A stretch of DNA of 64,000 nucleotides, taken from Candidatus Latescibacterota bacterium (lineage in GTDB: Bacteria > Latescibacterota > UBA2968 > GCA-2709665). The translations under genes and the position numbers were made by a program. This document shows, in pieces, positions 11,201 through 22,450 of this stretch. The DNA lies in assembly GCA_965237675.1 (NCBI GenBank), contig OZ250150.1:1440001-1504000 (forward strand). Reading direction: 5' to 3'. The notes beneath the pieces were generated by a model that ran no database searches, was not told the origin of the DNA, and saw only the letters and a program-made list of their open reading frames with translations. Position 1 is the first letter of the stretch. Every line of letters begins with the position of its first letter.

Positions 11201-14200
11201 GCCGGGTCGACGAGGCCGGGACAACACCCGGCGCCGCGGGTGCCTCCGGCGGTTCGCGTTCATCGATCAGGTTGACGGTCACCGCAATGGTGTTGCTGCC
11301 GCCCTGGCCGTCTTCGACGCGAACCGTCACGTCGTAGCTGGGCTTCTCCTCAAAGTCGTAGGTGAGGCCCGCTCGTGTCTGAAGCTGGTCGCCATCCAGC
11401 GCGAAGGAGGCCTGATCCGTACCTTCAAGGTCGTAGTTCAATGTCCCTCCATCGCTGTCCCTCGCGGTTATCGGGTTACCGATATCATCTGTGCCCGTGG
11501 TATTCTCGGCAAGACTGCGCGTGGTGCGCGTGCCCTCGTTGAACGTCGGCGCCCGGTTGGCGACGGTTCTCACATCAACCGACTCGGACCAGGGGCTTGC
11601 GCCTTCGTCGCTGCGTGCCAGCACCTGCACTGCGTAGGGCGTGTTGGCCTTCAAGCCCGTGATGGTCGTGGTCGTGCCGGGACCCGTGTGCGGCCACTCG
11701 GTAAAGGCGCCGCCGTCCTCACTGTACTGCACGTCGTAGTCGTTGATGTCGGGACCGGTGTTGGCCGGGGCCGTCCACCGAATGGAAAGACTGTTCAACG
11801 TCGAGGCCGTGACCGTCGGCTTGTCGGGTGTCTCCGGCCGTTCGTTGTCGTCGTCGGTGACGTCAATGGTCACGGAAATGGTTGAGTGTCCTCCCTGTTC
11901 GTCCTATGCCTCTACCCTCACCGTATAGCGATCCTTTGTTTCGAAATCGTAGGTGACACCCGTCCTGGTCTTCAGTTGACCGGTGTTCGGGTCGATGGCA
12001 AAACTCTCCGTATCCCCGCGGTCGAAGCGGTAACTCACTGCGCTACCTTCCGGATCGGTTGCCGTGACTGAGCCGCCGATGTTTCGATCGGACGGTGTGT
12101 TCTCGCCGAGGCTGCGCGTGGTGCTTCCTCCCTCGTCGAACACCGGCGGCAGATTGGCGCTGGTCGTCCCGAAGCCCGAAGGGGACCAGAGGCTCTCACC
12201 TTCGTCGTTGTGCGCGCGCACCTGCACCTCGTACCGCTTGTTCACGTCCAGGTCCGTGATCGTCGCGGTCGTGCCGGTGTTGTTGTGCGGCCACGGATCG
12301 AAGTTACCGCTGCCCGTCCGATACTGTACGTCGTAATCGAATATGTCCGGGCCGGTGTTGGCCGGCACGTCCCACGTCACCGTCAGGCTGGTGGATGAAG
12401 CCGGCTGGACCCGCGGCCTGTCAGGGACGTTGGGCGGTTCGTCGACGTCGGAAATGTGGATGGTGACGTCAATGGTGGCGTTGCCACCGTAAGGGTCGTC
12501 GGCTTCCAGGTCAACTGCATAACGGTCGTTATCCTCGAAGTCATACGTGACCCCCGACAGGGTGCGCAACTGGCCGCTGCCCGTGTCCACGGCGAAGCTG
12601 GCGGAATCCGGGCCCGTGAGATTATACGTCAGCCGGTGTCCGTCCGGATCGGTGGCGCGTACCGGATGCTGTATGGGCTGCCGCGCCCGGGTGTTCTCGG
12701 GCACGGTGCGTGAGGTGTTGGCCCCGTCGTCGAAGGTCGGGGATCTGTTGTTCGCTGGTGGGGGAGGGGGTGGCGGTGGCGGCGGAGGGCGAAACGGCCC
12801 GATCGGCCCGACGGGTCCGGGCGGCGGCGGCGGTGGCGGCGGTGACGTCACGACAACGGGGATGGTCGTCTGCGCGGTGTTGCCGTACGTGTCGCTGGCA
12901 GTTGCGGTGATGGTCGCGCGCCCCACGGCAACGGCGCGCACCGTCGCCATCGAATCCGACACAGTGACCGTGGCGATGGCGTCATTGGACGATGCCGCGC
13001 CGTACGTCAACGTCCCCAGCGCCGGTCGGGTGAACAGGCTTGCGACGTTCACCCGAAGGTCGCTGCCCAGGATCACCGACTGATCGCCGATGATGCCCAA
13101 CGCTCTCGGCCCGACCGTGGGCGCGCCGACAAAGGGTTCCGACCATTCGCTTGCGCCCTCGTCGTTCAACGTGCGCACCCGCACGTGATACGGTTGTTCG
13201 TTGGCCAGACCGGTCAGCGTGACGCTGGTATCCGCGCGGCTGCTCTGGAAGAGCCCCTCGAGCCAATCCTCGCTATCCACCGGCCGATACGCCACTTCAT
13301 ACCCGCTCACCGGGGGCTTGCCGGCTTCGTCGAGCGCCGCATTCCAGGTCACGGTCAATGCGGTGTCGCGCGGCGCGACCACCACCCCCGCAGGCGGCGC
13401 GCCGGGCGGTTCATCGACGTCCGTGACAGATACGCCAACGACAACGGTGGCGCGGCCCCCCTGCCCGTCGTTGACGCGCACGGTGACGGAGTACGTATCC
13501 CTGCCTTCGTGGTCGTAGTCGATTCCGTCCTTTGTGATAAGCTGACCCGTGCCCGCCTCAATGGAAAAACGGTCCGCATACAGGCCGCGCAGGCGGTAGG
13601 TGAGGGAGTCGCCATCGGCGTCATTGGCGGAGACGGGATCGCCGATGGGCTGATCCGCCGGTGGGTTCTCTTCCACGGAGCGCGTGACCGGAGGGGCGGC
13701 GGCGAACGCGGGTGCGCGGTTGGCTGTTTCGCCAAAGCTCGTGGCGAAGATTACGAAATCGTCGAAGGCGATCATGCCGTCGTTGTTCAGGTCGTATGCC
13801 GCCACGTATTTCCGATCCACCTTCCGGGCACCGAACGCGCCGGCAAAGGCCACAAAGTCGGAAAACCCCACAAGTCCGTTGCCGTCGAAGTCCGGCGAAG
13901 GCGGCGCGGAGATCTGTAGAGCCACGCCGAGGGCGGGCGATATTGTCTCGACCTGTCCGCCCCGGACAAGCTCAGCGTGCACCAGCCAGATCTCCGTGTC
14001 TGAAAACGAAGCCGTTGAGCGGAAACGCATCGTACCGACCCAACCGGCGTTCTTCGTTGTCGATCCACTCAAGGACGAAACGCCGATACGGATGGACGTG
14101 GAATCCTGCCTTACAAGCACATGGGCGCTGGGCAGCGCGTTGCCCGCATCGAACCCCTCGTAGACAAGCTGGGTGGTGTCGTATGTGAAGCGCGTGGAAA

Positions 14201-14429
14201 TACTGCTCGAGTTCTGAATATCTGCGCCGAAAATCTGAGCGGAAACAGTCTGTTCGGGCGAGACATCGAGTGACGAGACGGCCTGGTTGCCGTCGGCATC
14301 ATCCAGGTCCAGGGCGAGGGTAAAGCCGCTGGGTTGCGTGGATGGCGACCACGGGAAGATGAACAACGCCAGGCACAGGAGGCCGGAGACGCCAAGCGCA
14401 AGGGTGGATGATTTAAAATGGCGTTTCAT
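5265..14429 (-). pseudogene. Giant surface protein (~3050 codons): signal, cohesin-like and EF-hand dockerin-like, cadherin/FN3 repeats, Pro-rich linker, SwmB-like, LRR block, C-terminal leishmanolysin (M8)-like zinc protease; split by in-frame TAG at 11904-11906
   Basis: ORFs 11904..14504 and 5265..11873 are in the same frame (VRVEA*DEQGGHSTISVTIDV, mid-cadherin domain). Motifs DFDGNGLVGFSDF, repeated YDFE/ATDP cadherin and W..P..TGPDI.DYDVQY FN3 units, LxxLxLxxNxL, HELGH..GHW..ELMT. Confidence 0.88.
8030..9070 (-). repeat. Tandem 72-bp leucine-rich-repeat units (about 14 x 24 aa)
   Basis: Near-identical units LEGLDLDGNELSSLDASxFSxLSA; DNA units recur every 72 bp (ccaggctgctgagt). Confidence 0.9.
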
Positions 14430-15444
14430 TGTGGCAATTCGTACGTGAATTAGAAATGAAGTCAACCGCGATCGGAGATCAACCCAGGAGTGAAGGACTG
14501 GCAATCGCGGCTTTCTCGCCTCGTAGTCGACCCCGTGCGGCCGGCTGGATGCTTCAACGTCGGGCGGGCGCCTGATGGACTTCGTTACGATTCAGTCGGC
14601 AACCCAACCGTTTTCGAACTCTGTTGAATCATCCACAAACCATTTTGTCCGACCATTCCGTCGAGCCCTGACTCAGGACCACAATACGATACACGCGCGA
14701 ACTGTGTCCGTCAGCGGCTTCCCGTCGTCACCCATCCCATATGTAGCAAAATACGACATTTGGGCAATATTGCAAAATTCCACCATTGACTTATTACGAT
14801 CCTTCCTATAACTATATTAAAAAATGTATAGTTGCAGGATTTCTTCCACATGCGCTTTTTCTCCGTACCGGGTTTGCATGTTGCAACCCGGTCTTGATCT
14901 CCGAGAACTCCACAGGGCTCCCACATTGTGCCCTGCCCGTTCATCATGAACGAGTTGGCCCGCTCATTTCAAGAGTTGGACCGAATTTCCATATAGGAAG
15001 ACCCTATATGGTCTCACCAGACGCGCTTCATTTTACCCGGTACTCCATAAGCCGTTTCGGGGCCGGAAATTACCTTCGCAGCACGCATACCCGTGGGCGA
15101 CGGGGAGATTTTTTTGGGCGGTAATTGTCGACACCCGGATATGGAACGCGATGAATCGCATGCGCATTTAAATTCACCCGGGAAATTGCCGTTTTTTTTT
15201 TTGGAAAAGAAATCCAGATATGCCCTTGTGTACATGCGAAATGGACTTATATTCTATATTAAGCATAAGCAGGTCGGCTCATTCGAACGCTGAAGCCGGG
15301 AGGTTCGTTGTTTAGTTCGTGATCTTCATTATATATATGTTAACGAGTCAGGGGCCAATTGGGACGGGCGCGTTTTTTGCGCGCGTTGCTTACAGCTTTC
15401 TGGCTCTTTTTCGCTGGCAATCCACAACATTGGGAGGGTTCGCT

Positions 15445-17049
15445 ATGTTTGGAAGTTTTCGCAGCGTGTTCTTGTTGGCGCTTTCCGCAGGCTTGACCTG
15501 GGGATGCGGCAGCGAACGCCTGACAACGTCGCACGTCCCCGAGGCAGGGGACCGCACCGGCCAACCCCTCGGTAAACTGGCCCTCAATGGGATGGCGCGG
15601 GCCGTGGTCGTTGCCCGCGTCCAGGAGGGTGAGACGCCCGTAAGCGGGGCAACCGTCGAGTTCGCGCGTTCCGTTTCAGGTCGGGCTCCGAATTATGAGT
15701 GGTCGGGCACAACCGATGCGCAAGGCCTGGCGCGGGTAGAAATTGAGGGTACCGGTTACTATCGGGCGCGCGCAATGATGGACGGAAGCGTCCTGGGGTC
15801 GTGGTCGAGCATACCCATTAACGGTGACTACGATGTAATGCTCGACTTGCCCATTGGCGGAAGTGCGCGCGTGACGGGTTCATCCCTTCGTGGCGTCGTC
15901 ACGATTGGCGAAGGCGAGGCCGTTCAGATCCGTACATTGCTATCGCACACCGTTGTGCCCGGGCTTGCCGACGCATCGCGGTACAGCATCGAGTTAGCTG
16001 TCCGGGACTTCGGCGCCATTCACGGTCACGAGATCGAACTAGGTGCGGCTATAGACGCCATGTGTTCGGCTGCCGGCGGACGTACGGGTGCCGAGCAGAT
16101 CCTCAACGACCTGCGGGTCGTCGGCGTCATTGGTACGAACTGTTCGGGCGCGGCCGTGGCGGCCTCACCGCTGCTGAGCGAAGCGGGGTTGGTCACGATC
16201 TCGCCGTCCAACACTGCGCCTGCGCTCACGTCCGACCTCGCCGGCAATGCGGGTCCCAACTACCATCCGGGCTATTTCCGCACGTCTAACAACGACCTCT
16301 ACGAGGCGAACGCAGTCGCCGATTTCGCCTATAATGAATTGGGCCTGAGGCGTTTCGTGACGATTGACGACGGCGACCCGTACACCATGGGCCTCACCGT
16401 CGCCTTCGGCAATGCGTTCCGCGCTCTCGGCGGTGAAGTAGCAGTCGCTGCCAGGATCGAGAAGGGCGCAACGGACATGGCGGACATCCTCGCGGAATTC
16501 ACGGAAGCCGGGCCGGACGGCATCTTCTTCCCGCTCTTCGATATCGAAGGCGCTCCCTTCGCCGCGCAGGTGAAGGAGTCCGAAGACCTGAAGGATGCGA
16601 CGCTTATCACGAGTTCAGCCCTTCTCCTGTCGGAGTTTCTCGCCATGCCGCAGTCAGAGGGGATCTACTTTGCCGGCCCGGAGCCGGTGGAGGGTTCAAA
16701 CGTCAACGATGCCACCGGCAAGAGTGTCGACGAGGTGCTCGCCGCGTACGCAGCCACGTACGGCGGGATTCCGAACACGGTCTACTGGGCGCATTCATAC
16801 GATGCCACAACGCTGCTGCTCAGCGCCATACAGTCTGTCGCAAGGGCCGACGGCGGGAAGGTGCATATCGATCGTGACGCGTTGCGCAAGGTGCTCCACA
16901 CTGCGTCCGGCTTTCAGGGTCTGCTCGGTACGCTCACCTGCGACGAATTCGGAGACTGCGGCACCGGACGCATAAACATCTATCACCACACGGACACGAG
17001 CATCACGGATCCCGCCCAATTGACGGTCGTCTATCGGTTCACGCCATGA
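15445..17049 (+). CDS. Branched-chain amino acid ABC substrate-binding-like (LivJ/K family) lipoprotein with extra N-terminal beta domain
   Basis: Lipobox-like TWGC, VIGTNCSGAAVAAS, ISPSNTAPALT, YFRTSNND, AHSYDATTLL; RBS GGGAGG before ATG 15445. Confidence 0.85.
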   Translation: MFGSFRSVFLLALSAGLTWGCGSERLTTSHVPEAGDRTGQPLGKLALNGMARAVVVARVQEGETPVSGATVEFARSVSGRAPNYEWSGTTDAQGLARVEIEGTGYYRARAMMDGSVLGSWSSIPINGDYDVMLDLPIGGSARVTGSSLRGVVTIGEGEAVQIRTLLSHTVVPGLADASRYSIELAVRDFGAIHGHEIELGAAIDAMCSAAGGRTGAEQILNDLRVVGVIGTNCSGAAVAASPLLSEAGLVTISPSNTAPALTSDLAGNAGPNYHPGYFRTSNNDLYEANAVADFAYNELGLRRFVTIDDGDPYTMGLTVAFGNAFRALGGEVAVAARIEKGATDMADILAEFTEAGPDGIFFPLFDIEGAPFAAQVKESEDLKDATLITSSALLLSEFLAMPQSEGIYFAGPEPVEGSNVNDATGKSVDEVLAAYAATYGGIPNTVYWAHSYDATTLLLSAIQSVARADGGKVHIDRDALRKVLHTASGFQGLLGTLTCDEFGDCGTGRINIYHHTDTSITDPAQLTVVYRFTP

Positions 17050-17490
17050 CGCGATGTCCGGTGCTCCGGATTTGGATTCGACTCCGGACTCGTTCTCTTC
17101 CGATGCCAACGGAGACGCGGCGTATGACCCGATTGTAGTGATTGTCCTGGACGGTGAATTCCAGATGTTTGAGTGATCGCTTTGCGGAAGTCTCCGCCAG
17201 GTGGGACGTATTTATCCAAAATGACAGGCAGTTTTCACTGCCTGTCATTTTGGGGTCTGGCTGGATGTGTGCCAATGCCACGTCTTTCGCATTTCCGCAA
17301 ACGACTGTATCATTCACCGGCATTTACCGAATTGTTGAGGAGGCCCGGTATGTATCGTAGTATCCGAAGTGTGTCGGAAGTCCATTCGGCCGGATTGGGT
17401 TGTTTTGGAAATCACAGGTAGGCCCGTAAGGCGATCTGCTTGGTTTTCATGTTTGTTTCGCCGGTAACATCCAGAAAGGAGGGACTCGCT

Positions 17491-19101
17491 ATGTACAGCA
17501 GAATTCGCAGTGTGTTTGTGCTGGTGTTTGCCGCGAGCGTGACTTGGGGCTGTGGCGGTGAACGCGTGACAACGTCGCAGATGCCAGAGGCCGAGGGACA
17601 GATGCCACCGCCGCTGGGCAAACTGGCTGCCGGTGGAAGCATGACGCCTGCCCTCGTCGTGGCCAGGGTACTGCAGGGTCAGACCCCACTGAGCGGTGTC
17701 AACGTGGCGTTCGCACGTTCCATTTCCGGGCGCACGGCGAACTACGAGTCGTCGGGCGCCACCGACACGAACGGCCTGGCGCAGGTGGAAATCGAGTCCG
17801 GCAGCGGCTATTATCAGGCCCTGGCGACGAGGGACGGGAACCAGGTCGGTTCCTGGTCGAGCATACCCATTAATGCAGGCTACGAAGTGATGCTCGACCT
17901 GCCCGCTGGCGGCAGGGCGCGCCTGACGGGTTCATCCGTGCGGGTCCTGGTTACGATTGACGAGGGCGAGGCCGTCCATATCCGTTCTTTGCTCACACAG
18001 ACCATCGCGGCGTCGCTCGGCGTGCCGTCGCGTAACGCCGTTGAACTTGCCGTTCGGGACTACGGGACGATACACGGTCACCCGGTCGAACTCGGCGAGG
18101 ACGTAGACGGAATGTGCGGGCCGGAAGGCGGACGCATGGGCGCCGAGCAGATTGTCGCCGACCCGCGCGTGCTCGGCGTTATCGGCACCTCGTGCTCCGG
18201 CGCTGCGGTGGCGGCTTCGCCGGTGATCAGTGCGGCGGGTCTCGTGATGATCTCGCCGTCCAATACCTCGCCCGCACTCACATCCGACCTTGCCGGCAAC
18301 GCAAGTTCCGACTATCGCCCCGGCTATTTTCGCGTTGCGGTAAACGATCTTTACCAGGCGCGGGCCGTTGCAGACTTCGCATACAATGAATTGGGCCTGC
18401 GGCGCATGGCGGCGATCGACGATGGCGACCCGTACACCATGGGTCTGACCATCGCGTTTGGCGACGCGTTCAGCGCCCTTGGCGGTGTGGTCGCGGCCAC
18501 TGCCCGGATCGAGAAGGGCGAAACCGATATGATCACCGTCCTTACAACATTCGCGGAAGCCGGGCCGGACGGCATCTTCTTCTCGCTTTTCGACGAGGAA
18601 GGAATACCCTTCGCGAAGCAGGCGAAGGAATTCGACGGACTGGAAGGCGTGACACTCATCACGGGCGCGGCCCTCCTGGATTCGGAGTTCCTCGCCACCC
18701 CGCAGTCGGAAGGCGTCTATGCGGCTGGCCCGGAGGCGGATCTGGGCACAAATGTGAATGCCGTAACGGGCAAGAGCGTGGACGAAGCGCTGGCCGCCTA
18801 TGAAGCCGCGTACGGCGGGATTCCAGGCACACCGTACTGGGCGCACTCTTACGACGCCACAACGCTGCTGCTCAGCGCCATCGAGTCCGTTTCGAGGCAG
18901 GATGGCGGACAGCTGATCGTAGACCGCAACGCGTTGCGCAGGGAACTCCATGCGACGTCCGGCTTTAAGGGCCTCGTCGGCACGCTTTCCTGCGACGAAT
19001 TCGGAGACTGCGGCACCGGCCGAATCAACATATACCATCACACGGATCCGAGCATCACGGATCCCGCCCAATTGAACGTCGTCTATCGATTCGTGCCGTG
19101 A
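17491..19101 (+). CDS. Tandem paralog LivJ/K-like substrate-binding lipoprotein
   Basis: Colinear paralog of 15445..17049 (same TWGC, GTSCSGAAVAASP, CDEFGDCGTGRINIYHH); RBS AGGAGG. Confidence 0.85.
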   Translation: MYSRIRSVFVLVFAASVTWGCGGERVTTSQMPEAEGQMPPPLGKLAAGGSMTPALVVARVLQGQTPLSGVNVAFARSISGRTANYESSGATDTNGLAQVEIESGSGYYQALATRDGNQVGSWSSIPINAGYEVMLDLPAGGRARLTGSSVRVLVTIDEGEAVHIRSLLTQTIAASLGVPSRNAVELAVRDYGTIHGHPVELGEDVDGMCGPEGGRMGAEQIVADPRVLGVIGTSCSGAAVAASPVISAAGLVMISPSNTSPALTSDLAGNASSDYRPGYFRVAVNDLYQARAVADFAYNELGLRRMAAIDDGDPYTMGLTIAFGDAFSALGGVVAATARIEKGETDMITVLTTFAEAGPDGIFFSLFDEEGIPFAKQAKEFDGLEGVTLITGAALLDSEFLATPQSEGVYAAGPEADLGTNVNAVTGKSVDEALAAYEAAYGGIPGTPYWAHSYDATTLLLSAIESVSRQDGGQLIVDRNALRRELHATSGFKGLVGTLSCDEFGDCGTGRINIYHHTDPSITDPAQLNVVYRFVP

Positions 19102-19141
19102 AGCGCTTGGAAATCGCTCAATTGGCGGGAAACACGGGAAC

Positions 19142-19563
19142 ATCTATATTATCATTCTCTTCCGAGACGGTACCGTGGTCTTTCACGGAGATGACATAGG
19201 CGCGCGGGGCAAGAACATCTTCGCCGTCGAAGACGACAGGGGAACAAGGTTGTGCAAGAACTCATCGCGGCTGCGGGCAAGGGCGGAGGCTTTGTGGAAT
19301 ACTATTGGGACGATCCGGATCAAGAGGGCGTCGAGGACGATGCAAAAGTTGCCTACGCCGTCGGCTTTACTGGCAATATAACCGGGCAGGAGACGGTCAT
19401 CGTCAGCGGCTACTATCAGGATCTCTCAAAAGTCGGCCAGACGACGCTCGATCCGTCTGCCATTCCGATTCCCGCCGTCACAGCCTCCGAGGTCGTGGAC
19501 CGTGAGACGCTGAAGGCCTTTGTGAGAGGCGTTTTGCCGTCGTCCGAGCGAGGTCCCACGTAG
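19142..19563 (+). pseudogene. Cache sensory-domain fragment, frameshifted near 19250
   Basis: IILFRDGTVVFHG..GKNIFAVEDDRG then shifted frame VQELIAAAGKGGGFVEYYWDDP..KVAYA..IVSGYY; no start context. Confidence 0.65.
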
Positions 19564-19570
19564 GCAGCCG

Positions 19571-19957
19571 CTATCCGCCCATTTCCGCGATACGCCGGGC
19601 CATCCACTCTACGTACGCCTTACGGGTCATACCGCGCCTTCGCGCCTCGCTGTCGATGAAGGCTGCGACGCCTTCGTCCAGCGTCATATGGGCGCGTACG
19701 TTCCGGCCCGAGATGCGGATCAACGGGACGGACACAAGGGCCTGCCCGGTCGGAACGTCCACTTGCTCGAGAGCGCTGGGCAGCGCGATTGCCTCGCCGT
19801 CTTTTCCCGCCTCGATCATATAATCGCGAAGTGCTTCTTCGGCGTTTATCAACGCTGCGTCAACGGTGTTTCCCATGGCGACGACACCGGGGAGATCGGG
19901 AAACGTAACGCCGTAGGCGCCTTCTTCGCCATCGATCAGTGCGGGATATCGAGCCAT
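19571..19957 (-). CDS. hicB: HicB-family antitoxin
   Basis: YPALIDGEEGAYGVTFPDLPGVVAMGNTVDAALINAEEAL plus C-terminal RHH-like region. Confidence 0.9.
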   Translation of the reverse strand: MARYPALIDGEEGAYGVTFPDLPGVVAMGNTVDAALINAEEALRDYMIEAGKDGEAIALPSALEQVDVPTGQALVSVPLIRISGRNVRAHMTLDEGVAAFIDSEARRRGMTRKAYVEWMARRIAEMGG

Positions 19958-19981
19958 ATGTGAGTCCTCCGTCGGAATCGA

Positions 19982-20170
19982 TTATTCCGGCCAGCCCGCC
20001 TTTCTCGCGATGGAGCGGGCAACGCCGGGAGATACTGTTCTGTGCCTTGGGAGAGTAATGATTCCCCTGATGCATGGGTGCCGATAGATGTCGTGACCGG
20101 AGCCGTGGCGCGCCAGGTACCACCCGTCCTTTTCCAGCAAGCGCCTGATCCGCTCCGTTCTGGTTTGCAT
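19982..20170 (-). CDS. hicA: HicA-family mRNase toxin
   Basis: LEKDGWYLARHGSGHDIYRHP..ITLPRH..SPGVARSIARKAGW; directly upstream of hicB. Confidence 0.9.
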   Translation of the reverse strand: MQTRTERIRRLLEKDGWYLARHGSGHDIYRHPCIRGIITLPRHRTVSPGVARSIARKAGWPE

Positions 20171-20357
20171 TACCGCGCTTCCCTTCCGATATATATGCAC
20201 CTTTTCCAGGGAGGTGTCAACTCGTTTCGTGCAAATAAATGAACTTTTCGAGTGACGTGGCCAGGATTCCTATCCAAGAAGCGGTTACGTACAATTGACA
20301 ACGTGCAATTGTGGGCGGTGCGAAGGCGGTGTGAACGACACAAATAAACGGGTATAA

Positions 20358-20976
20358 ATGGCTGAACCCAACCGGCGAGACAAAGGAAACCGCGCCGTTG
20401 AGAATGAGGCGGGATCGGGCGAAATCGCGGACCTGCGGATGCCGCCCGAAATGATGCTCGACCTCGCGCGAAGGGCGGCGGGATTCAACACCAACGTGTG
20501 CACATGGCTGGTTGCCAGCGGCCCGAGCCAACTTGAACTGGTGGTAATCGACTGGCTGTGTCGCTGGATTGGCTATCCGGACGGTGCGGGCGGCCTGCTC
20601 ACGAGCGGGGGTTCGGCCGCCCGCCGCGACGCGTTTGTTCCGGCGCGCCGTGTCGAAGGGAATCGAGCTTGCCGCCCGTGCCGGGGAATACGTGGAAGCC
20701 AGCCGGAACCTGGAACTGTTGACGCCGGTGTCACTGGGAATTGTGTGTTTCCGTGTCAATCCTTGTGACGGCGACCTGGACGAGGCCGCCCTGGAAGAAA
20801 TCAACAAGAAGGTGCTGGCGCGCGTGTTCTGGGAAGATCGCGCGTTTTTCTCGTCAACGCTTCTTCACGGGACGTTTTCGCTTCGGTTTTGCATCATCAA
20901 CCATAACACGACGTGGGACGACGTGCGGGAAACCCTGGAGACCGCCGAAGGGTTCGGGATGGCGGCGTTTCGATAG
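20358..20976 (+). pseudogene. Group II PLP-dependent (aromatic amino acid) decarboxylase remnant with internal deletions and a frameshift
   Basis: Retains N-terminus, LELVVIDWLCRWIGYP..GGLLTSGGSAA and C-terminal LGIVCFR..LRFCIINHNTT; the PLP-lysine core is missing. Confidence 0.8.
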
Positions 20977-21090
20977 AAAACGAGGGTGCGGCGGGATGTG
21001 CGCCATCTGGTAGACAGCCGTCAATCTGACCGACCGGCGACGGACCGGTACGATCGCGCAAGCGACCGGTGGCCGGTCGAGTTGCGAATG

Positions 21091-21792
21091 TTACGGATAC
21101 AGCGGCGCCAGTTCACGGTTTATCAATTCAGTTTGTTGAGGATATTTGTCCTTTGCTATTTGAATAATCCGGCCGCTTCTGGCGTTTTCAATAAACTGTC
21201 GGGTTGTCAGATTCAGACCTCTCGTACATCGGTAAGCAACGGCGGTTCTGCGGACCCCCAATTTTTCCGCAACCATCTGGAAAGCCTCCAAATGGCTTTT
21301 CCCCTTTTTCATTTGTTGTAGAACCGGAATCAGGCAATCCTCAAGGTTGTCATATCCTCTTGCGTACGTCTTGGGCCCGTTGTTGCAGGGCGGCCCGACG
21401 ATCAGCGTCTCCCGCAGCAACAGGCGCATGACTTTGTTGCGCGCGCTCGTCAATATCGCCTGGTCATCATTGGCCTGGTTTTCCAGTTTAGCCAATTCCA
21501 TTCTCCAGGCGCCCAGTTCTGACCTTAGCATGCCTTCCCAATTGTAATACAAACGGCGTTCCTGCACCCGGCTCTCCGGCCGTTCCGTTTCCGACATGGC
21601 AGCTTTATATTCTTCGAACAGGGCATCCAATCCGCCGTCGTCTTTCAGTTCCGTTTCCCGCGCTTCAATTTTCGCAAGCAGTTCCCGCTTTCGCGCTTCG
21701 GTTGCCCGTTTAACGCTTCGCAGTTCCCGTTCAAGCAACTCATTGAACAGTTTGGCGATCTGATGGGCGAGTCCGTTTTCGGAAAACCGCAT
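21091..21792 (-). CDS. Hypothetical protein, coiled-coil N-terminus with HTH-like C-terminus
   Basis: Long ORF with RBS GGGAGGGA before ATG 21792; AFQMVAEKLGVRRTAVAYRC is HTH-like. Confidence 0.65.
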   Translation of the reverse strand: MRFSENGLAHQIAKLFNELLERELRSVKRATEARKRELLAKIEARETELKDDGGLDALFEEYKAAMSETERPESRVQERRLYYNWEGMLRSELGAWRMELAKLENQANDDQAILTSARNKVMRLLLRETLIVGPPCNNGPKTYARGYDNLEDCLIPVLQQMKKGKSHLEAFQMVAEKLGVRRTAVAYRCTRGLNLTTRQFIENARSGRIIQIAKDKYPQQTELINRELAPLYP

Positions 21793-22018
21793 AGTATCCC
21801 TCCCTATCGTCTTCATTACAAATCGAATTTCATAGTGGCTCCTTAACGGACAGATCGGCATCTAAACGAGGTCAGCGGAATTGCGGGCTGCCCGCCGTAT
21901 GGCCGCCATCGCCGCTGTGGTTATTTTCAATTCCGTTCCTGGTATGTGGGCGAATGACTGGCGTTACCGGCACTGAAGAAGCGACACCGTGCATCGGAGG
22001 GAGGGCTCTTGAATACGC

Positions 22019-22034
22019 GCAAAATCCGTGCCGA
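22019..22034 (-). promoter_or_regulatory. Sigma54-type -24/-12 promoter
   Basis: Minus strand TCGGCACGGATTTTGC (GGCAC-N5-TTGC). An IHF consensus AATCAACATGTTA lies at 22063-22075, with enhancer-like dyads further upstream. Confidence 0.65.
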
Positions 22035-22450
22035 TGCCGGGGTGGAATGCCAAACTATTGAAAATCAACATGTTATTCTTTAAGGAGACTGAATGGCGGC
22101 GGGCGGACGTGTCGCAGAATGCATCTCACAGGACACCCGGCGAAACGGGTCCAAACGCCGAAAAACGAAATAAATATAGATTAGTAAAGGAATTAAGTGA
22201 CAATTCGGAGATGAGGACAAGGATACGCCGCAATTTGCGACGCAAGTCACATTTTGCAACAGAGGTCGCCTGCGCCACGACATAGGCGCCGCAGGGCGAT
22301 GCGGAGGCTGGCTGGCTGTGAGCAGACGGATGAACGGCTTCTAACATCTTCCCGCCGGGGGGCGGCTGTCAACATTGACCGGGTTCGACGTATTCGATTA
22401 TTTCGCCACGCCTGAAAGATTGGTTTGAACTCACACACAGGAGGAGAAAC

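Noticed and set aside
10017-11885. Long antisense ORFs (e.g. 10017..11885 +, 33294..34703 -, 44166..45710 -, 17932..19143 -)
   Set aside because: Shadow frames of well-supported genes in GC-rich DNA; no recognisable motifs
12755-12845. GGC/GGT microsatellite
   Set aside because: Encodes the proline-rich linker of the giant protein
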